Source of the DNA: Acidimicrobiales bacterium
GTDB taxonomy: Bacteria > Actinomycetota > Acidimicrobiia > Acidimicrobiales > CAIXPF01
NCBI GenBank assembly: GCA_046153015.1
Contig: JBJXGF010000097.1
Location: 1-44,844 of the forward strand
Length of the DNA stretch: 44,844 bases
Reading direction: 5' to 3'
How positions within the stretch are numbered: position 1 is the stretch's first letter; every line of letters begins with the position of its first letter. This document shows positions 36,431-44,710 of the stretch, in pieces. The translations under genes were made by a program, and so were the position numbers. The notes beneath the pieces were generated by a model. That model was given only the letters and a program-made list of their open reading frames with translations. It did no database searches and was not told the origin of the DNA.

Positions 36431-38145
36431 GCGGAGGACTCCCCGCCCGCGGGGCCGACCATGATGCCCCCGGGGCCCTTGCCCGAGGGGACCATCGGGA
36501 AGACCTTGGCCAGCGGGCTCACGTGGACGTCCACCAGCGCCGGCCCGTCGGCCGCAAAGGCCTCGGCGATCGCGTCGTCGAGGTCCTCGGGGGCGTGGAC
36601 GGTCGACGCGTGGATGCCGTACGCCTGGGCGATGCCGGCGAAGCTCGGCTGGAAGGCCGCGTAGCTCGAGCCGGCGTAGCGCCCCTCCCAGAAGAGCTCC
36701 TGCCACTGGCGGACCATGCCCAGGTAGCCGTTGTTCAGGATCACGACCTTGACCGGCAGGTTGTACATCTGGGCCGTCGAGAGCTCCTGGAGGGTCATCT
36801 CGAACGAGCCGTCGCCCGAGATCACGACCACCAGCTCGTCCGGGCAGGCCACCTGGGCCCCGAGCGCGGCGGGCAGGCCGAAGCCCATCGTCCCGAGGCC
36901 GCCGGAGGTGATCCAGCGCCGCGGGCGGTCGAAGATGTAGTGCTGGGCGGCCCACATCTGGTGCTGGCCGACGTCGGTGCAGACGATCGCGTCGCCGCGG
37001 GTGATGCGATAGACCGACTGGACGACCTGCTGGGGCTGGATGACGCCCTCGGCCTCATCGACCCGGTAGGGGTGCTGGCGCTTCCAGGAGGCGATCTGGT
37101 CGACCCATGCCGCGCGCCGGGCGGCGTCGTGGCCCTCGGGCAGCGCCTGGTAGGCGTCGGCCAGGGCCGCCAGGGCCGGGCCGGCCTGGCCGGCGATGCC
37201 GATGTGGGCGGCCCGGTTCTTCGAGATCTCGGCCGGGTCGATGTCGATGTGGATGATCTTGGCCCCCGGGGCCCATTCGCTCATGACGGTCGACAGGACC
37301 CGCTCATCGAAGCGCACGCCGACGGCCAGGATCGCGTCGGAGGCCTGGAAGGCATAGGTGGCCGCCGCGATGCCGTGCATCCCGGGCATCCCGACGAAGA
37401 GCGGGTGGGTGCCGGGGAAGCCGCCGAGGCCCATCAGGGTCGTGTTGACCGGGATGCCGGTGATCTCCGACAGGCGCGTCAGCTCGGCCGAGGCCTCGCC
37501 GGAGATGATCCCCCCGCCGGCGTAGATGACCGGCCGCTCGGCGGCGGCGAGGGCGCGGGCGGCGGCCTCGATCACGCGCGGGTGTCCGGCGCCCGAGGGC
37601 GGCCGGTAGCCGTCCATCGGGGGCTCGGCGTTCTCGTAGTCCTCGACATCGCGCGCCCACTGGTCGACACAGACGTCCACCAGCACCGGGCCGGGCCGGC
37701 CGGTCTGGGCGATGTGCAGGGCCTCGGCCATCGCGAGCGGCAGGTCGTCGGCGTCCTTGATCAGGTACGAGTGCTTCACGATCGGCAGGGTGATGCCGAC
37801 GATGTCGGCCTCCTGGAAGGCGTCGGTGCCGACCCGTGTCGAGCCGACCTGGCCGGTGATCGCGACCAGCGGGACCGAGTCCATGTAGGCGTCGGCGATC
37901 GGGGTGACCAGGTTGGTCGCTCCGGGACCCGAGGTCGCCGTGCAGACCCCGGCCCGCCCGGTGACCTTCGCGTAGCCTTCGGCCATGTGCCCGGCACCCT
38001 GCTCGTGGCGCACCAGGAAGGTGCGGATGTCCGGATCGTCATGGAGGGCGTCGAACAGGGGGATCACCGGGCCGCCCGGCAGGCCGAAGATCGCGTCGAC
38101 CCCCGCGCGCTTGAGGCTGGCGAGAGTCGCGTCAACCGCGCGCAT
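36427..38145 (-). CDS. ilvB: Acetolactate synthase large-subunit-like ThDP enzyme
   Basis: FGLPGG, RHEQGAGHMAEGYA, TSGPGATN, TDVGQHQMWAAQ, SGGLGTMGFGLPAA, GDGS...NN, GMVRQWQ. Confidence 0.9.
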   Translation of the reverse strand: MRAVDATLASLKRAGVDAIFGLPGGPVIPLFDALHDDPDIRTFLVRHEQGAGHMAEGYAKVTGRAGVCTATSGPGATNLVTPIADAYMDSVPLVAITGQVGSTRVGTDAFQEADIVGITLPIVKHSYLIKDADDLPLAMAEALHIAQTGRPGPVLVDVCVDQWARDVEDYENAEPPMDGYRPPSGAGHPRVIEAAARALAAAERPVIYAGGGIISGEASAELTRLSEITGIPVNTTLMGLGGFPGTHPLFVGMPGMHGIAAATYAFQASDAILAVGVRFDERVLSTVMSEWAPGAKIIHIDIDPAEISKNRAAHIGIAGQAGPALAALADAYQALPEGHDAARRAAWVDQIASWKRQHPYRVDEAEGVIQPQQVVQSVYRITRGDAIVCTDVGQHQMWAAQHYIFDRPRRWITSGGLGTMGFGLPAALGAQVACPDELVVVISGDGSFEMTLQELSTAQMYNLPVKVVILNNGYLGMVRQWQELFWEGRYAGSSYAAFQPSFAGIAQAYGIHASTVHAPEDLDDAIAEAFAADGPALVDVHVSPLAKVFPMVPSGKGPGGIMVGPAGGESSA

Positions 38146-38241
38146 GAGAAGTGTCCTTCCGCCCAGAGGTCCGAATCATCAACGGGCGAGTGTAATGGAC
38201 CTGGCCGGGGTAATCCCACCGCGAAGGAGGGCCCCCACCCG

Positions 38242-38589
38242 ATGAGCTCGACCCCACCACCACAGGACGACCCGGCGCGCCCCTCGTTCGCCGAGGAGAA
38301 CGCGATGCGGATCGCCTCCGAGTCGCTCAGCCACTACGACCAGGCCTCGGACACCTACCACTGCTCCTACGGGCCGCCGGTCCCGGCGGTCACGGTCCAC
38401 GACCCCGAGCGCGGGGTCCTCGTGCGGGTCGACCCGCGCACCCAGCAGGTCGTCGGCTTCTCGATCCCCCAGTTCAAGGCCTGGCACGCCGCCAACGCCG
38501 AGCCCGACGGCGGGTTCGAGATCGACCTGCCCTCCACCTGGCCGCTCGGCGCCGGCGAGGCCGCGGGCGGGGACGACGACGAGGCCTGA
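38242..38589 (+). CDS. Small acidic protein, DUF2283-like, paralog of 36128-36430
   Basis: [23 protein letters not shown]...[21 protein letters not shown]...DGGFEIDLP. Confidence 0.75.
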   Translation: MSSTPPPQDDPARPSFAEENAMRIASESLSHYDQASDTYHCSYGPPVPAVTVHDPERGVLVRVDPRTQQVVGFSIPQFKAWHAANAEPDGGFEIDLPSTWPLGAGEAAGGDDDEA

Positions 38590-38660
38590 GCGGTCGTCGG
38601 ATCGGGGTGGTTCGGTACACTGACCGAATCGCTCACGGACAGTCGCGACAAGGAGCCGCA

Positions 38661-39473
38661 ATGGCGGTTGAGAGCCAGCGCGTCGAGGATTTCCGCCTCA
38701 CCAAGGAGCCCTACTACCTGCCGCTCGGCAACGAGGTGGAGCTCTTCGAGTCGGCCTACCACGCACGCCTTCCGGTGATGCTCAAGGGCCCGACCGGGTG
38801 CGGCAAGACGCGGTTCGTCGAGCACATGAGCTGGCGCCTCGAGCGCACCCTCGTGACGGTCGCCTGCCACGAGGACCTGACGGCCTCGGACCTCGTGGGC
38901 AAGTACACGCTGCGCGGCGACGAGACGATCTGGCAGGACGGCCCGCTCACCACCGCCGTCAAGGCCGGGGGCATCGCCTACCTGGACGAGGTGGTCGAGG
39001 CGCGCAAGGACACCACGGTGGTCATCCACCCGCTCACCGACGACCGGCGCATCCTGCCGCTCGAGAAGAAGGGCGAGATCGTCAAGGCGCCCGATGAGTT
39101 CCAGCTGGTGATCTCCTACAACCCGGGCTACCAGTCGGTGCTGAAGGACCTCAAGCACTCGACCAAGCAGCGCTTCGTGGCGATCGAGTTCGACTACCCG
39201 CCGCCGGACCTCGAGGAGACGATCCTCAAGGCCGAGTCGGGCATCGACGACGACACCGCCGCCAAGCTGGTCAAGATCGCGGAGAAGGTGCGCAACCTGC
39301 GCACGCACGGCCTCGAGGAGGGCGTCTCGACCCGGCTGCTGGTCTACGCCGGCCAGCTCATCCAGGGCGGGGTGGAGCCGATCACCGCCTGCGAGGCGAC
39401 GATCTGCAAGCCGATCACCGACGACCTGGAGATGCAGCGCTCGATCGTCGAGATCATCGCGACCCAGTTCTAG
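38661..39473 (+). CDS. cbbQ: CbbQ/NirQ/NorQ-family MoxR-type AAA+ ATPase
   Basis: [84 protein letters not shown]. Confidence 0.92.
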   Translation: MAVESQRVEDFRLTKEPYYLPLGNEVELFESAYHARLPVMLKGPTGCGKTRFVEHMSWRLERTLVTVACHEDLTASDLVGKYTLRGDETIWQDGPLTTAVKAGGIAYLDEVVEARKDTTVVIHPLTDDRRILPLEKKGEIVKAPDEFQLVISYNPGYQSVLKDLKHSTKQRFVAIEFDYPPPDLEETILKAESGIDDDTAAKLVKIAEKVRNLRTHGLEEGVSTRLLVYAGQLIQGGVEPITACEATICKPITDDLEMQRSIVEIIATQF

Positions 39474-39492
39474 CGGCCGGGCCGGGCGCGCC

Positions 39493-40581
39493 ATGACCTT
39501 CGGCCCCGCCGTCGGCAACGTGGGCATGTACGTGGCCCGCGAGATGCTGGTCTCGGTCCCCGAGGACCAGCGCCAGGCCTACCTGCGCATGGTCGAGGAG
39601 ATCTCCGACCTCAAGTACCAGCTCGGGGTCGAGGTGGCACGCCAGCTACCGCGCCTCCTGGCCGAGGCGGACCCCGAGCGGGTCGCCCGCTACCTGCGCC
39701 AGGTCAAGGAGGTCGCGGCGACCGGGTGGAAGAGCGGGGTAGAGGTCGCCAAGCAGCTCCCCGACCTCTACGACGCGCCCGACGAGACCCTCGCCGGCGC
39801 CTATGTCGACATCGTCTCCCAGGCGACCGCGGGCCCCCCCGAGGACACCGAGACCACCCAGCTGGCCACCGAGCTCGACGACCTCGAGCGCGAGCTGCGC
39901 GAGATGGAGCCCAAGGTCAAGCGCGCCCAGGAGCTGCGCACCCAGCTCGCCGCGCGCGACCGGCGCGACGAGAAGCGCCGCAAGCACGCCGTCGAGCTCG
40001 CGGCGGCCCTGCCGCCGATCCTCGCCCGCCTGCGCCCGCGCTACCGGCCCCCCTACCTCGACCAGGTGCGCCAGGTCGCCGCCGCCGACCCCGAGGCCTC
40101 GCTCGAGGCCGCCGACACGCTGCTCGACCTCCTGAACGGCGAGCGCGTCTCGCCCGAGGGCGCCGCCGAGTGGGTCGACCGCGGCCTCGAGGTCCTCGAG
40201 CGCAACAAGGAGGTCGGGCGCGGCTACTTCCGCCTGGGCTCCAAGTACTCGCTCCAGGTGCTCGAGGAGCTCAAGGAGGGCCTGGCGCTGAAGTCGGTCG
40301 CGCGCGTCCTGAAGCTCTATGCCACCGCCCTGTCCGGGCACGAGGTCGCGATCCGGGCCACCAACGAGCTGCAGGCGGTCGACGTCTACGGCGTCGACCA
40401 CATCATGCTGCCGCCCGAGATGCACTTCCTCGAGGACGACGCCGGCAACTTCACCGCCTACAAGGTCGCCACCGCGCACGGGGCCGGGCGGATCGAGTTC
40501 GGCACCTACCAGTTCGCGCTGGCCGACATCCCCGAGACCATCGAGCGCCTGCGCGCCCGCTACCCCCAGGAGATCCGCTGA
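39493..40581 (+). CDS. Helical-repeat protein ending in a CbbO/NorD-like N-terminal segment
   Basis: About 38-aa repeats (Y(L/V)..V......GVEVA(R/K)QLP). The C-terminus L..VARVLKLYATAL...IMLP...YKVATAHGA resembles CbbO/NorD N-regions. Confidence 0.65.
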   Translation: MTFGPAVGNVGMYVAREMLVSVPEDQRQAYLRMVEEISDLKYQLGVEVARQLPRLLAEADPERVARYLRQVKEVAATGWKSGVEVAKQLPDLYDAPDETLAGAYVDIVSQATAGPPEDTETTQLATELDDLERELREMEPKVKRAQELRTQLAARDRRDEKRRKHAVELAAALPPILARLRPRYRPPYLDQVRQVAAADPEASLEAADTLLDLLNGERVSPEGAAEWVDRGLEVLERNKEVGRGYFRLGSKYSLQVLEELKEGLALKSVARVLKLYATALSGHEVAIRATNELQAVDVYGVDHIMLPPEMHFLEDDAGNFTAYKVATAHGAGRIEFGTYQFALADIPETIERLRARYPQEIR

Positions 40582-42368
40582 GCACCCTGCGCCCCCTCGA
40601 GACCGACCTCTCGCGCTTCTATGCGATCTTCCCGCAGCCGGCGCTCGCGCGGGACCTGTTCAACATCGTCGAGGGGCACCGGGTGGACTCGGCGATCCGG
40701 CGGGCCTACCCGGGCATCCGCCGCGACATGGCCCTCATCCAGAGCGCCAGCGCCGAGCGGCGGCCGGTGATCGCCAGCCTCTCGGACGCCCAGGCGGCGG
40801 TCGAGTCGCTCCTGCAGCACACCCTGGGCCTGCAGCCGGACCTCTCCGACCTCGCGCCGGCCACCCAGGCCCTGATCGGGCGCGCCGTCATCATGCTCGA
40901 CGAGATCGTGCAGATCGACGCGACGGTGGGCGACGCGGCCGCGCTCACGGGCGAGCTCTACCAGCTCATCGACGAGGGCCTGGCCGACCCGGGCAGCCGC
41001 GCGATGCCCCAGGCTGACGACCAGGAGACCGGCGACCCTCCCCCCGAGGGAGCCGGCGATCCGCCGCCGGCGGGATCGGGCGTCGAGGACTACGAGCAGC
41101 TCGAGCTGCCCCCCTTCATGACCCCGGTCATGGAGGAGCTCGTGCGCCCGCAGTCGGACGCCCCGGTCAAGCGCGAGGCCGAGGGCGCCGAGCCCCAGCC
41201 CGACGGCACCGGCCAGCGCCAGCCCGAGGAGCGCGAGGGCGAGGGCGAGGGCGACAAGGCCATGAGCACGACCGAGACCCAGGCCGGCCAGGGCGCGCCG
41301 GACGAGGTCGCCCAGCAGACCTCCTCCTCGGGCGACGAGGACGCCCCGCCGGGAACGGCCGAGGGGCGCTCCGACGACGCCGAGGGCGGCGGCTCCGACT
41401 CGCCCGAGCAGAGCGGTCTCGGGGATGTCCCCCAGGTGGACCCCGGCGCCGAGGAGGACGAGGACCTGGGCGAGCAGGTCTTCCACTACGACGAGTGGGA
41501 CCACAAGATCGAGGACTACCGGCCGGCCTGGTGCACCCTGACCGAGCACCGCCAGACCCGCACCCAGGAGGGCTTCGTCGCCGCGACCTTCCACGAGTTC
41601 GGCGGGATCGTCACCCAGATCCGGCGCAACTTCCAGCTGATGCGCCCGGAGGCCCTGCGCAAGATGCGCTACCAACTCGAGGGCGACGACCTCGACACCG
41701 ACGGCCTGGTCGAGTACGTGGTCGACCGGCGCGCGCGCATCTCCCCCACCCCGCGGGTCTACATCAAGCGCGACAAGCGCGATCGCGATGTCACGACGGC
41801 CTTCGTGGTGGACATGTCCAGCTCGACCGACCGCAAGATCGACGGCCGCAAGCGGATCATCGACATCGAGAAGGAGGCCCTCCTTCTGATGTGCGAGGCC
41901 CTCGAGGCGATCCGCGACGAGTACGCCATCTACGGCTTCTCGGGATCGGGGCGCGAGGACTGCCAATTCTACGTCGTCAAGGAGCTGGGCGAGCGCTACG
42001 ACGACCGCGTCAAGGGGCGCATCGGCGGGATCTACGCGCGTCAGAAGACGCGGATGGGCCCCGCCCTGCGCCACGCGACCCGGCGGCTGGCCGCCGCCGA
42101 CTCCAACGTGAAGCTGATGATCCTGCTGACCGACGGCAAGCCCTACGACTCGGACACCTACCAGGACAACACCTACGCGCAGGAGGACACCAAGATGGCC
42201 CTGCGCGAGGCGCGCCGGGAGAAGATCCACCTGTTCTGCGTGACGGTCGACCGCGAGGGCGCCGACTACCTGCCGCACATGTACTCGGACGCCAACTTCG
42301 TCGTGGTGGACGACGTGCGCACGCTGCCGCAGAAACTCCCCCAGCTCTACCGCCGCCTCACGACCTGA
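40578..42368 (+). CDS. CbbO/NorD-like VWA protein (probable CTG start)
   Basis: LFNIVEGHRVD, YDEWD..I.DYRPAW, EGDDLD, MIDAS VDMSSST, TRMGPALRHA, LLTDGKP, LPQLYRRLT. AGGAG precedes the CTG. Confidence 0.85.
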   Translation: MSTLRPLETDLSRFYAIFPQPALARDLFNIVEGHRVDSAIRRAYPGIRRDMALIQSASAERRPVIASLSDAQAAVESLLQHTLGLQPDLSDLAPATQALIGRAVIMLDEIVQIDATVGDAAALTGELYQLIDEGLADPGSRAMPQADDQETGDPPPEGAGDPPPAGSGVEDYEQLELPPFMTPVMEELVRPQSDAPVKREAEGAEPQPDGTGQRQPEEREGEGEGDKAMSTTETQAGQGAPDEVAQQTSSSGDEDAPPGTAEGRSDDAEGGGSDSPEQSGLGDVPQVDPGAEEDEDLGEQVFHYDEWDHKIEDYRPAWCTLTEHRQTRTQEGFVAATFHEFGGIVTQIRRNFQLMRPEALRKMRYQLEGDDLDTDGLVEYVVDRRARISPTPRVYIKRDKRDRDVTTAFVVDMSSSTDRKIDGRKRIIDIEKEALLLMCEALEAIRDEYAIYGFSGSGREDCQFYVVKELGERYDDRVKGRIGGIYARQKTRMGPALRHATRRLAAADSNVKLMILLTDGKPYDSDTYQDNTYAQEDTKMALREARREKIHLFCVTVDREGADYLPHMYSDANFVVVDDVRTLPQKLPQLYRRLTT

Positions 42369-42374
42369 CCGCGA

Positions 42375-42670
42375 CGGGGGTAGCCCGCTCGCCCCACCCG
42401 GGGTAAACGACTCGCGGCCGCCCTCCCGCCCGCGAGGCCTGACCCCGGGTAATCCGCTCGCGCGCCGGGGGAAATGGCTCGCAACCGGGGTAAACGGCTC
42501 GCGCCCAAGGGACACGAACCCGCCGTTCTCCACAGGCCGGCCGCCGCGGCGAGATCGCTACCGGGGTAACCAGCTCGCGCGCCCCCGGGGGATCCGGCTC
42601 GCGACGGGGGTATCCCACTCGCCGGGGACCGGGGTAGGCGACTCGCGCCCAACCGGGGTAACCGACTCGC
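42375..42670 (+). repeat. Array of ten iteron-like direct repeats, consensus GGGGTA-N5-CTCGC
   Basis: Copies start at 42377, 42400, 42446, 42467, 42487, 42563, 42587, 42607, 42631 and 42655, mostly 20-24 bp apart. Confidence 0.85.
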
Positions 42671-42702
42671 ACCCGGGACGTCATTCTCCCTGCACAGGCG
42701 GC

Positions 42703-42755
42703 GTTTTTTCCGACCCCTAGAATTAGGGTTGGTAGTTATAGGAAGAACAGTAGGG
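42703..42755. other. AT-rich patch, candidate DNA-unwinding element of the origin
   Basis: TTTTTTCCGACCCCTAGAATTAGGGTTGGTAGTTATAGGAAGAACAGTAG in otherwise very GC-rich DNA, directly after the repeats. Confidence 0.6.
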
Positions 42756-42795
42756 GCCGCGGCCGGCCGCGCCGCATACGCGGCCCGGCCGCGGC

Positions 42796-42813
42796 GCGAG
42801 CGATCTACCCCGG
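42796..42813 (-). promoter_or_regulatory. Inverted copy of the iteron just upstream of rep (possible autoregulatory site)
   Basis: Minus strand reads CCGGGGTA-GATCG-CTCGC. Confidence 0.6.
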
Positions 42814-42871
42814 TTATCTGCCCGCACCCGGCCCCGGCCATCCTCGCCAGCCGTCAGACTTCCCGCCGACG

Positions 42872-43846
42872 ATGACGCGTCCCGCCGCCGACCTCTCGCC
42901 TCTACCCCGCCCCGGCGCGCGCCCGCGGTCGGGTTCGGGCCCGGCCGACGACGTCCAGGTGATCGGCGCCGAGGCTCAGCTCGCGCTGTGCGAGCCCGAC
43001 CACCTGCGTCGCCTCGAGCAGCCGCTCAAGTACGGCTTCGCCGACCGCTCCAGCGCCCGCAAGGGCCTCGAGGTGGCGGCGGGCGTCGCGATCGCCGACC
43101 GGCTCGGCTCGATCCGCCAGACCGCCGGCCCGCCGATCGGCCGCCACGGCTACATGGCCATCGTCTGGCTCGGGTCGCGGTGGCTCCAGCTCGAGCAGCC
43201 GGCGGCGTCCGCGGTCCCCTTCACCCAGTACCGGCTCCTGCACGACTTCGGCTGGGAGGAGTCGGGCAAGAACGCGCGGCAGGCCCTCAAGAGGACGCTC
43301 CTGAACCTGCAGGAGGCCCGCTGGGAGGGCGAGGTCAACGACTCCCTCACCGGCAAGAAGACCCACGAGGACCACTTCGGGATCATCGACCGGGTGCTGT
43401 GGCCGGTCGTCCATGACGGCCGTCTCGAGCGCCTCGGCTACATCTTCCTGGGCAGTTGGTTCCTCGAGCAGCTGCGCCACGAGGCGGGCGTCTACATCGA
43501 CTGGGACGTCCTGCGCGACCTCCCCCCCATCGCCCGAAAGCTCTACGGGCTGCTCGAGAACGACCGATTCGAGCCGGGCGACGAGGGCGAGGAATGGCAG
43601 GCCTACTGGCTGGGGCCGGCCTTCTTCGCGAGCGTGGGGTCCACCTGCAGCCGCGAGCGCGACAATGTCGCAGCCCTCGGCCGGGCCTGCGAGGCGGTCG
43701 CGGGCCATCCGGGCACCGGGTACCGCTTCCGGCGCGAGCGCGTGGCCACCGACGAGGGCTGGGGACAGCAGCTGCTTGTGTGGCGCCCCGCCGGCAGCAC
43801 CGGCCGCAGGGTGACGCGCGGCATCACGCGCGCCGCCCAGGCCTGA
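42872..43846 (+). CDS. Putative plasmid-type replication initiator (RepA/TrfA-like winged helix)
   Basis: FTQYRLLHDFGW..SGK....LKRTLLNL, IFLGSWFLEQL and YIDWDVLRDLPPIARKLYGLL resemble initiator motifs. Lies between the iterons and parA. Confidence 0.65.
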   Translation: MTRPAADLSPLPRPGARPRSGSGPADDVQVIGAEAQLALCEPDHLRRLEQPLKYGFADRSSARKGLEVAAGVAIADRLGSIRQTAGPPIGRHGYMAIVWLGSRWLQLEQPAASAVPFTQYRLLHDFGWEESGKNARQALKRTLLNLQEARWEGEVNDSLTGKKTHEDHFGIIDRVLWPVVHDGRLERLGYIFLGSWFLEQLRHEAGVYIDWDVLRDLPPIARKLYGLLENDRFEPGDEGEEWQAYWLGPAFFASVGSTCSRERDNVAALGRACEAVAGHPGTGYRFRRERVATDEGWGQQLLVWRPAGSTGRRVTRGITRAAQA

Positions 43847-43898
43847 CGAGGCGCGATCGTGGCTGGGCACGGACGAGCCCCCTTCCGAGTGCTGCGCC

Positions 43899-43979
43899 CA
43901 TGCATGCATGCAGGCGCGCCACCAGGCACGCGTGGCAGCAGCAGGACATGAGCGCTGTCCGGCGAACATGCGAGCATGC
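43899..43979. repeat. CATG/GCA-rich short repeats upstream of parA (candidate centromere or operator)
   Basis: CATGCATGCATGCA at 43899-43912, then further CATG copies (GGACATG, GAACATG, GAGCATG). Confidence 0.4.
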
Positions 43980-44710
43980 CGACGGTCATGCCGACACGCA
44001 TCATCACCGTCGCCGCCGCCACGGGCGGCCTCGGCAAGACCACCCTGGCCTACGAGCTCGCCGCTGCGCTGGGTGGTGTCCTGGTGGACCTGGACTGGGA
44101 CGCCGGCGGGGCCACCCGCATGTGGGGCTTCGATCCCACCCGAGCCGCCCGCGCGCCACTGCTCGACGCACTCGAGAGGGGGCCTGAGGGCCGCCCGCCT
44201 CGCGTGAAGCACCGGGCCAACCAGCCCTCGCTGGTGCCCGCGCACCCGGACCTGGCGGCCAGTCGCATCGACGCCGATCTGGTCGGGGACTGCCTGTCGG
44301 CATGGGCGGGCGCCTGGCCGGAGCCCTACGTGGTGGTCGATACCCACCCGGGCGCCAACGCCCTCACCGACGGCGCGATGCAGGTGGCCGACCTGGTGGT
44401 GGTGCCGGTCGTCCTCGGAGCCCGCGAGATGGACGCCCTCGAGGCGATCGTGGCCGACTATGCGGGATATCGCCTGCTCTTGGCGCCGACGATGGTGCCG
44501 CCGGTGCCCCCGCGCCGGTTCGTGGAGCGCCTGGCCGCCCTGGCGGACGGACGGATCACCGTGGCCCCCCCGATCTCCGAGCACCGCTGGATGCGCCGGC
44601 GCCTTCGGCGCGCGGCGCTCGTGACCCAACCGAACCCCGGCGCGCGGGTGCGCGTCGCCGCCGGCGAGCTACGCGCGGTGGCCGAATCCGTGGAGGTGGC
44701 ATGTGGCTGA
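43976..44710 (+). CDS. parA: ParA family partition ATPase (short, type Ib-like)
   Basis: IITVA..TGGLGKTTLA, LVDLD, YVVVDTHPG, ADLVVVPV. Confidence 0.85.
   Translation: MPTVMPTRIITVAAATGGLGKTTLAYELAAALGGVLVDLDWDAGGATRMWGFDPTRAARAPLLDALERGPEGRPPRVKHRANQPSLVPAHPDLAASRIDADLVGDCLSAWAGAWPEPYVVVDTHPGANALTDGAMQVADLVVVPVVLGAREMDALEAIVADYAGYRLLLAPTMVPPVPPRRFVERLAALADGRITVAPPISEHRWMRRRLRRAALVTQPNPGARVRVAAGELRAVAESVEVACG

Noticed and set aside
41000-41480. Repeat or insertion element inside the VWA gene
   Set aside because: It is an in-frame acidic low-complexity linker with no terminal repeats.
38661-42368. Evidence for carbon fixation or denitrification
   Set aside because: No Rubisco, prk or nor genes are in the window. 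The AAA+/VWA pair alone is not diagnostic.
42375-42670. CRISPR array
   Set aside because: Units are about 16-bp degenerate motifs 20-24 bp apart, with no spacer-length unique sequences and no cas genes. The rep/par context fits iterons.
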